From assembly GCA_965153355.1 (NCBI GenBank), contig OZ231126.1:32426001-32490000 (forward strand): DNA of 64,000 nt, written 5' to 3'. Position numbers and translations under genes: made by a program. The notes beneath the pieces were generated by a model, which did no database searches, was not told the origin of the DNA, and was given only the letters and a program-made list of their open reading frames with translations. Positions within the stretch are counted from its first letter, which is position 1; each line of letters begins with the position of its first letter. Source of the stretch: Flaccisagitta enflata. Its lineage: Eukaryota. This document shows, piece by piece, positions 15,730 to 26,838 of the stretch.

Positions 15730-17698
15730 AGTAGAGTGACTACTCAGGGTGCCGCCTGTGGCCCCTATAATAAATGTCATTGAGATGCCGGTTGTTGACG
15801 ATTTTGGCGATCTCAGATTCGCTGAGATTGTCTGAGGGAGAGGATTTTGGTCGCCATTACTCACAACCAACAGAGAACAATATGATACATGCAAGTTAAA
15901 TACATTCGATATGCCTCAACCAACTTCGTCCAATTTCCACGTCAGTATTTTGATATCAATTTCTAAATTCATGTATGACAAAATGAAAGAGCTTGTACAG
16001 CAAATATTGTGTAAAAGGGCAAATTCATGTGGGAGGGAGTGGGAGGTAGTCAGGATGCAAAAGGGCTAAGGCGATGAGGCAAAATCTGCTCGAGTATCTC
16101 GAAACAGCCGATCCTTTCGTACCTATCATGGCCATTCTTTCGCCCATTGGCGTTACCCGAAGAATCAACTCAATTCAAAATCAGAGGGCAATTCTCATCC
16201 GCGCCGCGCTGACAGCTGTAGCCTCCCGTGAATGTCTGGACGCCACGGAAACAACAGTACCCACTCCGCAGCACAGTTCCTTGCTGAACAAAGGGGTAAA
16301 AATGCTGTGGCAATAGTGCCACTCGAAGTCACATCACGCTACACCTCACAATGTCACGCCAAAACACGCCACCAGCGCTACGCCGCCACATGCCACGCCA
16401 ATCCAAGTCACGCCAACAGAATCACGCCAATCCAAGCCACGCCAGCAGCATCACGCCAACAGGGGCGCCCGTCCGTTGAGGTGGAAAAGTCGTCCTTGCG
16501 CTGAAGGTAGAATCAATTCCACCTCCTCAGTCTGGTTTTTAGCCCCATTTCGAAAAAAGGGTAATCTCTCTTTTTCAATCTCTTTCTTTCTGTCTATCAC
16601 CGTTTCTATCTGTTAGTTTGTTTTACTGTCTCTCAATCTGGGATTCAGCTAGTTTTGACATAAAACTGTTTTCTTGACTGTGTCTCCGAGATATTCCGTG
16701 GCGTTCTACTTTAGCGTATTAAACCGCCAAAAATCGTTTCAAAAATACAAAAAAATGGATTATTGTGACAAAAATTATGAATTTTTGTCACAAAAATGCT
16801 GGAAAAGTCCATTTTGAAACGGGCGTTCTTATGCAGTTTCAAAACGATCTTATATTGTCGTTTCAAAACCACAAGTATGCGCAACTTTTGAAACGAATAT
16901 TGAGGCATAGTTGACATATCAAAACTTAGCAATTCTAAAGTTCTAAAACCATGAGATTTTTGCGTTTCAAAACGCTTGAAAACAGCGCTAAAGTAACGGC
17001 CAGCAAGGGAAAAAATCTATTCATCTTTGTAATCTTATCACCTTTTTTACCGTTTTGAAAACACAAAAAATTAAAGTATTGAAACTGAAAAAAAATGTGT
17101 TTAAAAATTGAAATATGGTTATATGCTAGCTGACTTTACCCAAACTGACTGGCTTATACGCACGCCACTCTTGGTTTTCCATAACACTGAAACTGAAAGA
17201 CATCCTTTTGGGCAGCAGCTCCGAAGGGGTTGATGACCTATGCTTTTACACATGGGGAGTTTTCTCCTCAAATTACAGTCTTGAGGCCCAAATTTTAGCC
17301 TGAAGGCCCAAATCCTTGCCTGGAGGCCCAGATCCCCGCCTTGAAGCCCAAATCTTAGCCTCGAGGTCCCAATCCCACCCAAGAGACCCAGATCCCAACC
17401 TCAAAACTCTGAAAGAGGCTTAGTCTGTCTGTCCTCCATCGGTTCATCCATTATGCTTGAGTTAAAAGTGCAAAAATGCACATTCTTAAATGAAATTGCA
17501 GTTGTGATAATCTCTTTGTGTGTTTGTGCCAAAAAGGTTACTTTTTACAGTTTTGAAACTGCAAAAAAATTGAAGTTTTGAAACTGCAAAAAAATGAAGT
17601 TTTGAAACTGCAAAAAAATGAAGTTTTGAAACTGCAAAAAAATGAAGTTTTGGAACTGCAAAAAATTGAAGTTCTGAAACCGCAAGAAATTGAAGCTA

Positions 17699-17805
17699 AG
17701 AAATACGGAGTTTCTCATAGAGAAAGAATCGAGATACGCGTCGCGTCACTTGTAAACAGAGTTACGAACACAGGCTCATATTCATTCAGCGTACTTATGT
17801 CTAAC
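17699..17805 (+). repeat. Split direct repeat A1 (left terminus)
   Basis: 107 bp, identical to 18839-18945 except one base (17759 g vs 18899 a). Confidence 0.97.
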
Positions 17806-17883
17806 CCGATAGCACGCAAAATTTCCAGTCCAAGAAAAACTCGATTTCAGTTAAACAGAAATTCGATCTCGCAAACACTCGTC

Positions 17884-19180
17884 ATGAGTGGCAAAGAAAC
17901 CGATGCAAATAAAAGGAAAGCGGGTAACTCGTCAAAGGACGAGGATGAGCCGGACTGGAGAGAAGAAATGCGTGCTGAGTTAAAGTCGTGCATCGCTTCC
18001 GCGCTAAATACGAGCGTCTCCGCGGCCGTCAATACTGCGGTGGAGGCGGCTATGGCTAGGCAGCCGTTCAATCTCCCTTTGGGCCCGTCGGAGATTGATG
18101 CTGAAGACGTCGTGGATAAGGAATCTTCCGAATCGATGGCGGACCTGATGAAGAAAATCGATGCCGGCAATCGTTCGAATAAAATAGCAATTCGCTTGGC
18201 GGCTATCTCCAAAGAGGGAAACAAGCAGCATTTCATGGACATGATTGAGATTAAAGAGAAACTGGAATGCGCCGAAGCCGCTCTCAAGGAGAGTACTGTA
18301 GATTTATACAAAAAAAAAAAAAAAAAAAAAAAGTTTAAGCTTAAGCTTATGCGAGTTTGTACAGGTTTGTGTGAGCTCACGTAGGAGCGCGTGATTGAAC
18401 AATCTTTTCTACTAGGATCCGCGGTTTTTGGAGGACGTTGACCTTGCTCGGGAGGCCGTCGCCGACTCAATGAAACTCGTGGAAGCGCGGATGTCCATGA
18501 TTGAACGCATCGACAAACATCCTCTGAGCTGGCCAGTCGCCACCGAGTATCAGAAGCTGAAACGCGCACGATCCGATGACTCGGAAGACGACAAAATTTT
18601 CGCGGCCGCGGAAAAGAAAGTGAAAGACGAACGGAAGGCCAAAAACGATGAAGCCAAATCAAAGACTCAGACGAAACAGAGAATCACGTTTCAGTCTCGT
18701 CAGTCATTTGGAGGGTCGGGTAATGTTAATCGGTACTTGTTATAGTCCGCATCATTTTGTTTGCTTTGTTGGTTCAGGTACGCTGCTACTATGAAATGAG
18801 ATTCTTGATTCATGAGAAACTACGGTTTCTAGCGAGCGAGAAATACGGAGTTTCTCATAGAGAAAGAATCGAGATACGCGTCGCGTCACTTGTAAACAAA
18901 GTTACGAACACAGGCTCATATTCATTCAGCGTACTTATGTCTAACAATAACCCACCCACCCACCCCAGGCATCTCTCAGCGGCCCTTTCCCAGTCAGGTA
19001 CTCGCAACTGACCAATGCTCGTACTGCGGACTCACCGGTCATTGGAAAAAGCAATGCTACCGCTTCAATAACGACATGCGCGGTCGGGGACAGAGGTCTC
19101 TCGGACAATCGAAATTTGCCGCCACCGGCTCCAGCAAAGACACCGCTCTTACGCAGAACGCAACAGCATACACGCAATGA
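17884..19180 (+). CDS. gag: Gag-like protein with C-terminal CCHC zinc knuckle; predicted exons 17884-18297, 18416-18719, 18969-19180
   Basis: MSGKETDANKRK...ALKEST | DPRFLEDVDL...QSFGGSG | ISQRPFPSQVLATDQCSYCGLTGHWKKQC...AYTQ*. CX2CX4HX4C starts at 19016 and is not in the ORF track. The joins restore frame. The first donor (GTAGAT) is weak. Confidence 0.75.
18778..18945 (+). repeat. Internal B1-A2 junction (copy of the circle junction)
   Basis: B1 18778-18843 matches 23253-23318 with one mismatch. A2 18839-18945 matches A1. They overlap at AGAAA. Confidence 0.97.
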
Positions 19181-21986
19181 GACAGATGTCTCTACTAAAG
19201 CCCGAGCCTCAGAGAAGGAGAGGGTGCGAACAAAATATGATGACATATTTCAAGTAAGTGACAGTTGTCACAAATTCGGCTCTTATGACATTGATAATGT
19301 CAGCGATGATTTTTCAGTGGCAGGCAGACTATCGAATCCCAAATATATCAGTTTTTTTGAAGAAATAGGTGCCTCAGAGGTGATTTTAGACACTTTGAAA
19401 CACGGTCACAAGCCAATTCTAACATCAGATGTGCCAAGTTATGAGAGAGAGAATAACAACTCATTTAAAGAACACTGCGAGTTTGGCGTAAACACCATTC
19501 TAAAGCTTATAAAAGACAAAAAAGTTGAAATTGTATCCAAAAAGCCTAAAATTGTCAATCCTCTGTCCGTTGCTGTCCAACCAACAAAATTACGGCTAAT
19601 TCTGGACTGTAGTTTCCTCAACAAATTCATAGCAGCTCCGACTTTCAAAATGGATGACCACAAAACTGCCCTCTCTTTCTTTGATCTTGACGGCTATCTC
19701 TTCTCTTTTGACATGAAAGACGGATACCATCATCTGTTAATTCACCCTGACTTTCGCGATTACCTTGGTTTCAAATTTAAGCTCAACGGACGGACCTACT
19801 ATGCTCGCTATCTCGTCGCGCCCTTTGGTCTGTGCGATGTCCCATACACATTTACAAAAATTCTCCGCCCCCTTGTGGCACACTGGAGGAGGTTAGGAAT
19901 CAAGATCTGTCTCTTTCTGGATGACGGTTTTTCTTCTTCCCGAGACAAAGCAAAAGCTCAAAGAGACAGTGTTCATGTCAGACAAGACTTGATGAGAGCG
20001 GGAATAGTCTGGAATGTAAAAAAGTCTAATTGGGAGCCAACTAAATCCCTTGAGTGGGTCGGCTTTTACTGGGACACAACTGACGGATCAATGAAAATCA
20101 AAGGCAGAAGAGTCGAAAAACTAAAACTTTTTCTGTCTGAGATGTCCGCACTCAAATCATGCACAGCTCGCAAATTAGCAGCGCTAGTCGGTCAAATCAT
20201 CTCCATGATGCCAGTAATTGGTGACGTGGCAAGGCTAAAAACAAGAAATTGTCAAATTGCCGTGGCCTTAGCAAATGACTGGGACGAGACTGTGTTACTA
20301 AACAATGGGATAAAGACCGAGATTCTCTTTTGGCAGCAGAATATTGACAGACTGAATATCTACTACTGTTTTCAATCGGACGGACCTGTCGTCTTTGATC
20401 TGATCGAAGGTGATGCTTCAGCGTCAGGTTGCGGTAGCATTCTAAATGACAGCATGATTGCGGCACAGTGTTTTAACGCTCTTGAAAGGGCTCAAAGCTC
20501 AGCATACAGAGAGATATCCAATATTCATTTTTCCCTTGTGTCATTCCTTGCCAACATAAAGGGTAGATCGGTGACAGTCAAAACTGATAGTCAAGCCGCG
20601 GCAAAGATTTGCAAAATTGGCAGCATGAATCCCCTTCTGCAGCATTTTGCTGAAAGCATATTTGAGCTGTGTTTTAAGAATAATATTAATCTCACTGTAG
20701 ACTGGGTCCCACGCAATGAGAACCAAAAGGCAGATTTGATATCCAGATTGGCTGACAGGGTTGATGTAGACGACTGGCAAATCTCCCAAGAATTTTTCAA
20801 AATTCTCAATGAGAAATGGGGCCCCTTTTCTATTGATTTATTCGCCAATCACTATAACGCAAAATGCGAAAAATTTTATTCTCTCTTTTTCTCTCCTCTA
20901 AGTCATGGGGTGGACGCATTTGCTCATAGTTGGGTTGGGGAAGTCGCCCTCATGGTTCCCCCTATCTCTCTCATCCCACGGGCCCTGTCACAGCAGCTGG
21001 TTATCCTATAATTCTTACGATCCTAGATTTGTGGCTTAGAAGGGTTACAATTGTAGGTTTTCAAGACTCTTTTACAATGGGAAAATGGGTTTTTCCTTCA
21101 TAACCCATAAAGTGCTAAATCGATTTTTTTTTATTTCTTGGGTCAATATCAATAATGAGACTACTTACCTTTGCCAAAAGAAATTGTCATCGCCACTCTT
21201 CTATAAATGGGTGGAATATGATGATGAAAGTGGCCTTCTACAATGCTTACGATTCTAGGTTTTTTTGCTTAGAAAGCTTACGATTCTAGAAACTTGCATG
21301 GAAAGCTTATGATTATAGGTCTTCTGTGATTCATTACCCACAGGTTAGTTCATGGATTAGTAGGCCCTAATTTCAGAGACAGAAATACTTGTGTGCATGG
21401 CATCAGGCTTTTTCACAATATTGCTCCTAGAATTGTAAGCTTTCTATGCAAGTTTCTAGAATTGTAAGCTTTCTAAGAAAGAAAACCTAGAATTGTAAGC
21501 ATTGTAGAAAGCCACTTTCATCATCATATTTCACCTATATATAGAAAAGTGGCGATGACAATTTCTTATGGCAAAGGTAAGTAGTCTCATTGTTAATATT
21601 GACCCAAGAAATGAAAAAAATCGATTTAGCACTTTTTGGGTTATGAAGGAAAGACCCATTTTCCCATTGTAAACAAGTCTAGAAAACCTACAATCGTAAC
21701 CGTTCTAACCCACAAATCTAGGATCGTAAGAATTATAGGATAACCGGCTGCACAGGCCAAGCTTTGTGGAATAAATTGCACTCTGGTCATTCCCCTCTGG
21801 ACCTCATCCTGTTTCTGGCCAGTCATTCTCAACGATTACACCTCATTTATCTCAGATCTCCTGAGAGTGAAAGGTTCTAAAGTTCTCCTCCATGGTAGAA
21901 ATACTAATAGCATTTTTGGTTCAGGCAGCTTTCAAGGGGAAATTCTAGCAATTAATTTTGATTTCACTGGATCCACTCACAGATAA
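18969..21986 (+). pseudogene. pol: pol: reverse transcriptase + RNase H + DAM-type methyltransferase-like domain, interrupted by a MITE at 20994-21750
   Basis: RT motifs LRLILDC, SFDMKDGYHH, APFGL, FLDDG; RNase H GDASASG, SSAYRE, KTDS, NQKADLISR; MT-like IDLFA..N.K, DAFAHSW, VPP. Removing the MITE restores RALSQ|AKLCGINCTLVIPLWTSSCFWP...THR* (stop 21984-21986). Confidence 0.92.
20994..21750. mobile_element. MITE with ~325-bp TIRs inserted in pol
   Basis: cagctggttatcctataattcttacgatcctag...ctaggatcgtaagaattataggataaccggctg; CACAG duplicated at 20989-20993 and 21751-21755. Confidence 0.95.
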
Positions 21987-22963
21987 TTCGTGAGCAAGAC
22001 TTTTGGAAAACGCAGCCTCAGAGTTACTCTTGCGTTATTGATGACATTTGGGAGTCGCTACAGCCTAGTACAACCGAAAAGTATTGTATATGCATGAGAA
22101 ATTTTTGCTCTTTCAGTTTAATCAATTCAGGTGAGATCACTTTGCCTATTGACACAGATAATGCATCCAAATTTCTGGTTTTCCTAAGGGAGCGCGGCTA
22201 CTCAAAATTCTACATAAAGCTAGGCTTGGTCGCCCTGAAGTGGGCCAATTCATTTTTTCCCAGAGCTTAATCCCTTAATGAGCCATTTCTTGACAGAATC
22301 ATTGCCAGTGCTAATCGCAATATTATCTCGTCAAAAAACCAAAAGGTCCCTCTAACCAAGTCAATGGTAGCTTCCATTCTTAATCTCAAGAATAATGCAA
22401 GTCTTAGCGAAGTTAGAGACTCTCTTATCCCAGCTCTGAGCTTCTCCCTCTTGCTTCGTAATGACGAATTAAGACACTTGTCATGTGCTCACATTGAAAA
22501 AAGAGAGGAGGGGATGATTTTCCGAATTGTATCGTCAAAGACAGATGTCTTCAGAAAAGGGAAAAGTCTGTATCTGGCAGATTCTAACGACTCAAAATCT
22601 CTTGTCTCGCTCCTCCTCAAATACATGTCACTAGGGGAGATTCCCCTGGGATCAAACAATTTTCTCTTTGGTGAAATAAGGAAAAATTCATCTAATGATA
22701 AAGAGTATGTAGACGGCACTTCTAAATTATCCTATAGCCAGTGCCTATCAATAATCAGATCCAAGGTCGCGTTATTAGGCCTAAACTCAAACTTGTTTGG
22801 TACTCATTCTGCCAGATCGGGCGGCGCGACGACGCTTGCCACGAAGGTCACGCCATTCGAGCTGATGCTCAGTGGGCGTTGGGCAGATGCCCGTTCACTA
22901 CGGAACTACGTTGAAGTTTCGGACAAAAGAAGATTTGAAATTTCTGAAAATCTTCTGAGCTAG
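21962..22963 (+). pseudogene. Tyrosine recombinase (YR) with one premature TAA at 22268-22270
   Basis: Frame open from 21962 (..SLQPSTTEKY..F..F..) apart from one stop; catalytic set LLRNDE (R), SSKTD (K), THSARSGGAT (H-x-x-R), GRW, RNYV (Y). Confidence 0.92.
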
Positions 22964-23245
22964 GTATCTTGAAAAGATACGCTGATTTGAGTCTGACAAT
23001 CGTTTTCGGTCACAATTGGTTCAGATACACACTTAATTTTCATTTTCCTCTCACAGTCGTGTTCATTTGTTTATGTTCCTTGGTGGATCCGAAGAGTTCT
23101 CATCTTGTCGTCCTATGAAGATGTCAAGTCGGATGCTTTGTAGACCTGGTGGAGCTCTAAAGATCACCCTTTAACTAGAAAGATATCCTTTCCATTTTGT
23201 CATGAAAAATGAAAAATGCTCCTAACCCGTTGCGGTCATAGACAC

Positions 23246-23251
23246 AATAAA
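23246..23251 (+). promoter_or_regulatory. Putative polyadenylation signal of the retrotransposon
   Basis: AATAAA immediately upstream of B2. Confidence 0.5.
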
Positions 23252-23252
23252 C

Positions 23253-23318
23253 GTACGCTGCTACTATGAAATGAGATTCTTGATTCATGAGAAACTACGG
23301 TTTCTAGCGAGTGAGAAA
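23253..23318 (+). repeat. Split direct repeat B2 (right terminus)
   Basis: gtacgctgctactatgaaatgagattc...tttctagcgagtgagaaa; 66 bp, one mismatch to B1. Confidence 0.97.
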
Positions 23319-23604
23319 CGGCTATTTCATATTTCATAATTTCATTGCCACTTTTTCCCAGTTCCAAAACAGTAAAAACTAGCTGGCTTGAAGTGAGAAA
23401 AAAATGATATTTTAGACAAAAGCCCTTTTTATGCAGTTTTGATACACCCAAAAAAAGCCGTTTTAAGACGGCAAGTATGCCTGCGTCTTGAAACTCCAGA
23501 TAACTGCCACTAAAGGACATTGTTGTATGCATAAATGGTTTTTTGGCCGTTCTGAAACTGTTGCATACTAGAAGTTTTGAGACGTCGTTCCCCTATTTGG
23601 GACA
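23319..23604. mobile_element. AT-rich repeat hosting the retrotransposon (right part; left part ~17530-17698)
   Basis: Reverse complement of ~63580-63950 resembles both flanks (ttttacagtt..gaaactgcaaaaaaa on the left, ...gacgtcgttcccctatttgggac on the right). Confidence 0.65.
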
Positions 23605-23796
23605 AAAACGCAATAAGAACGCCGACGAAATACCTGGTGTCTCCCACATCATCATTTTGTCTATCTGTCCGTCTGTTGTAAGTTAGCTGCATTGTTTTTC
23701 TGTTTTTGTGGGTTGTTTTTTTCTTTTTTTTTTGATCCGTTTAATTCTTCGATTATTTCTCAATTGTATGTTGGCTCGTCTGTTTGTTAAGTTATA

Positions 23797-23860
<64 letters not shown>

Positions 23861-24302
23861 TGGGGAGGTCCACTCATACTTTCAAGCAGAAATTTGACAG
23901 GAAAGTTCTTTTTTTTTTCTAATCACAACCTAATTAATTCTCGGACTCAACTTCCTTTATTTCTTTCTTTTCCAAATTCTGCTATTCTTTCTGTTCTCTT
24001 CCTTTCTTCATCCTCTTTCTTTCCAGCTTTCTCTTCTTTCCTCGTTATTCTTTCTTTTTTATCACCTTTTTTTTTCTCCTTTCTTTCCCCTCCTTACCCA
24101 CTTTTGACTGACTTTTCCTTTTTTTTTTCCATTCCATTTTCCCAAGGAACTGGGCAAAATCATGCCTTGCAGTGAAGCTACCATATTGCCAATTTAGAAA
24201 TAGCTACAAAATCTCTCAAAGGACTGTAGGCCTTAAAGGCAGGCACGCCTAAAAGTCAGGTGCGCTCTAGTGGTGTTCTACTGTAATTTTTTTCACTGGT
24301 CA

Positions 24303-24519
24303 TTTTTAGTCGCGTGCTACGCGACTATACAACCCGCTTTGTCGGTCCGTCCATCGGTCCGTCGGTCCGTCGGTCCGTCCGTCCGTCCGTCACACTTTAC
24401 TTTTTTTGGGTTTTTGCGGTATTTGGCTTCACTGCTCCTGCCCAAATGATGGAGGGACCTAAATTATGGCGCCTGCCCACCCGCACGCGACTGGGGTAGC
24501 CATGTATCCGGCCTTGTTC
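24303..24519 (+). mobile_element. Family B HINE-like element, reference copy
   Basis: tttttagtcgcgtgctacgcgact hairpin, (GTCC/GTCG)n tract, subterminal gcacgcgact, end tatccggccttgtt. Related copies at 6470, 26407, 28803, 32645, 39030, 41045, 42046, 42280, 53914. Confidence 0.75.
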
Positions 24520-25039
24520 TTTTCCCTCCTCCCTCAACTTTTCCCGCCCGTTTCCCTTTTTTCTTTTCCGGGCATTTTTGCATGTTTTGTGTCGCCTTTG
24601 GAATTTTTCCTCCTTCATTTCATTTTTTTTCTCCTTCATTTCATTTTTTTTCCTTCATTTCATTTTTTTTTCTTTTTCGCATGATCGCCATTTTCTGGTC
24701 CACATTTTACTTCTTAGAGACCAAAACGTCTACTGATGCCCGCTGGTCTGTCTCATGAAGATGTCTGTCATTGTACTGAAACTATGCATGAGGTGGCATC
24801 ATATTGTTTTAGATTCTCTGCGCTCCGATCCGCCTCTATGATAATTACGCGCTCTTTTACGCCAGATTACTCTAACGCACCGACCAGGCACAGAGATCTC
24901 TCCACGTCAGATACACAGATTCATAACTCAAACATGTCCCCTTCGCCTTGAGGCCTCGATAAAAATCCATCTATTTCTCTACCCCGACTAGATATAAGCC
25001 AAGTTTCAATTTGCACATCTTTTAACCGTGAAACCGGCT

Positions 25040-25790
25040 CGAGGTTGGGTGGATGTAATTGGATGACAGTGCGTGATGAGTGAGGTGAGTGTTGTTGGAT
25101 GGTAATACGTGGAAGGTCGGGTGGGTGTTGTTGGATGACAGTGCGTGATGAGTGAGGTGTGTGTTGTTGGATGGTAATACGTGGAAGGTCGGGTGGGTGT
25201 TGTTGGATGACAGTGCGTGATGAGTGAGGCGAGTGTTGTTGGATGGTAATAAGTGGAAGGTCGGGTGGTTGTAATTGGATGACAGTGCGTGATGAGTGAG
25301 GTGAGTGTTGTTGGATGGTAATACGTGGAAGGTCGGGTGGGTGTTGTTGGATGACAGTGCGTGATGAGTGAGGTGTGTGTTGTTAGATGGTAATACGTGG
25401 AAGGTCGGGTGGGTGTTGTTGGATGACAGTGCGTGATGAGTGAGGTGAGTGTTGTTGGATGGTATTACGTGGAAGGTCGGGTGGGTGTTGTTGGATGACA
25501 GTGCGTGATGAGTGAGGTGAGTGTTGTTGGATGGTAATACGTGGAAGGTCGGGTGGTTGTAATTGGATGACAGTGCGTGATGAGTGAGGTGAGTGTTGTT
25601 GGATGGTAATACGTGGAAGGTCGGGTGGGTGTTGTTGGATGACAGTGCGTGATGAGTGAGGTGAGTGTTGTTGGATGGTAGTAAGTGGAAGGTCGGGTGG
25701 GTGTTATTGGATGACAGTGCGTGATGAGTGAGGTGAGTGTTGTTGGATGGTATTACGTGGGAGGTCGGGTGGGTGTTGTCGGATGACATT
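25040..25790. repeat. 72-bp minisatellite built from two related 36-bp subunits, ~10 copies
   Basis: Alternating gttggatgacagtgcgtgatgagtgaggtgagtgtt / gttggatggtaatacgtggaaggtcgggtgggtgtt. Confidence 0.95.
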
Positions 25791-26236
25791 GTGTCGAGGC
25801 CCTCGACTCGAGGGTGAGATGGGCGTCATTAGATGGAGGTGAGTGGACGATCGGTTGGAGTTATTAGATGACAATGCTTGGAGTATTCAGAGAATGTTCT
25901 TGGATGGCAGTGAGTGGTCATCATGAAATGTGCTTGGGTGAGTGCCTGTCACAAGGGTGACAAATTCAGTGACCATGACGATAATTGTAAAGATCACGAA
26001 ATCATGATCTACTGGGTCAATGTCTATGACAAGGGTGACGAATTCAATGACCATGGTGATAATTATAATGATGACAATATCATGATCAAGTGAGTGAGTG
26101 CCTATGACATGAGTGACCATGACGATGATTGTTATGATCACAACATCATGATAAAGATGGCGGTCGAAGTGGACTGAGAAGGTAAGGAGGGGAGTGCACT
26201 GGGAATTAATCGCAAAATGCATAAATTCTCAATTCT

Positions 26237-26314
<78 letters not shown>

Positions 26315-26801
26315 CAATCGTTGCGTTGGGTTTTTGTTATGCAAATTAGATTTTTAAAATGAAATCTTAACTCGAGAAATCTTTCCGTGGAAAATGATAA
26401 GGAAAATAAGGCCGGATACACGGCAATCCAGTCGCGGACGGCTGGGCAGGAGCAGTAATGTGAAAACCACTCAGAAGTCAAAAATGTGACCTACCGAACG
26501 ACCGACCTACCGACCTACCGACCGACCGACACGGCAAGGTGTAGCGTCGCGTGTCCGCGACTAAAAACCGAAAACTCACAACAAATAAAATGGCGCGTTA
26601 TCCCCTTTTCTTTCTTTTTCTGTTTTCTGGAATCATTTCATTTTGTGACCGTTTTTTTTCAGTGTCTTTGCGCAGTCTTTCTGTTACTTTCGGTCACTGA
26701 CTCACTGTGTAGTCTCTCTGTCTCTTTTTGCGTTTGTTTCTCGGTCTGACTTTCGTTGTCGTTATCCGTCCCTTTCTGTCTTTATTCGTCCGTCTGTAGA
26801 G

Positions 26802-26838
<37 letters not shown>

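Larger units (their letters stand above)
17699..23318 (+). mobile_element. Full-length tyrosine-recombinase retrotransposon (DIRS order, PAT-like split direct repeats)
   Basis: gag with CCHC, RT, RNase H, MT-like and YR domains in order; repeats A1 17699-17805, B1 18778-18843, A2 18839-18945, B2 23253-23318; AGAAA at both ends. Confidence 0.95.

Noticed and set aside
17578-17698. N-terminal KLQKNEVL repeats as part of gag
   Set aside because: Lies outside repeat A1, in the 24-bp repeat of the host element; it is read-through only.
17847-18662. 271-aa antisense ORF over gag
   Set aside because: Shadow of the sense coding frame with no recognisable motif.
17699-18945. A1/A2 as LTRs of a small LTR element
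   Set aside because: No TG..CA ends, PBS or PPT; the B repeats and YR explain them as split direct repeats.
25040-25790. CRISPR-like periodicity (36 + 36 bp)
   Set aside because: Both halves repeat, so there are no unique spacers; no cas genes; eukaryotic context.
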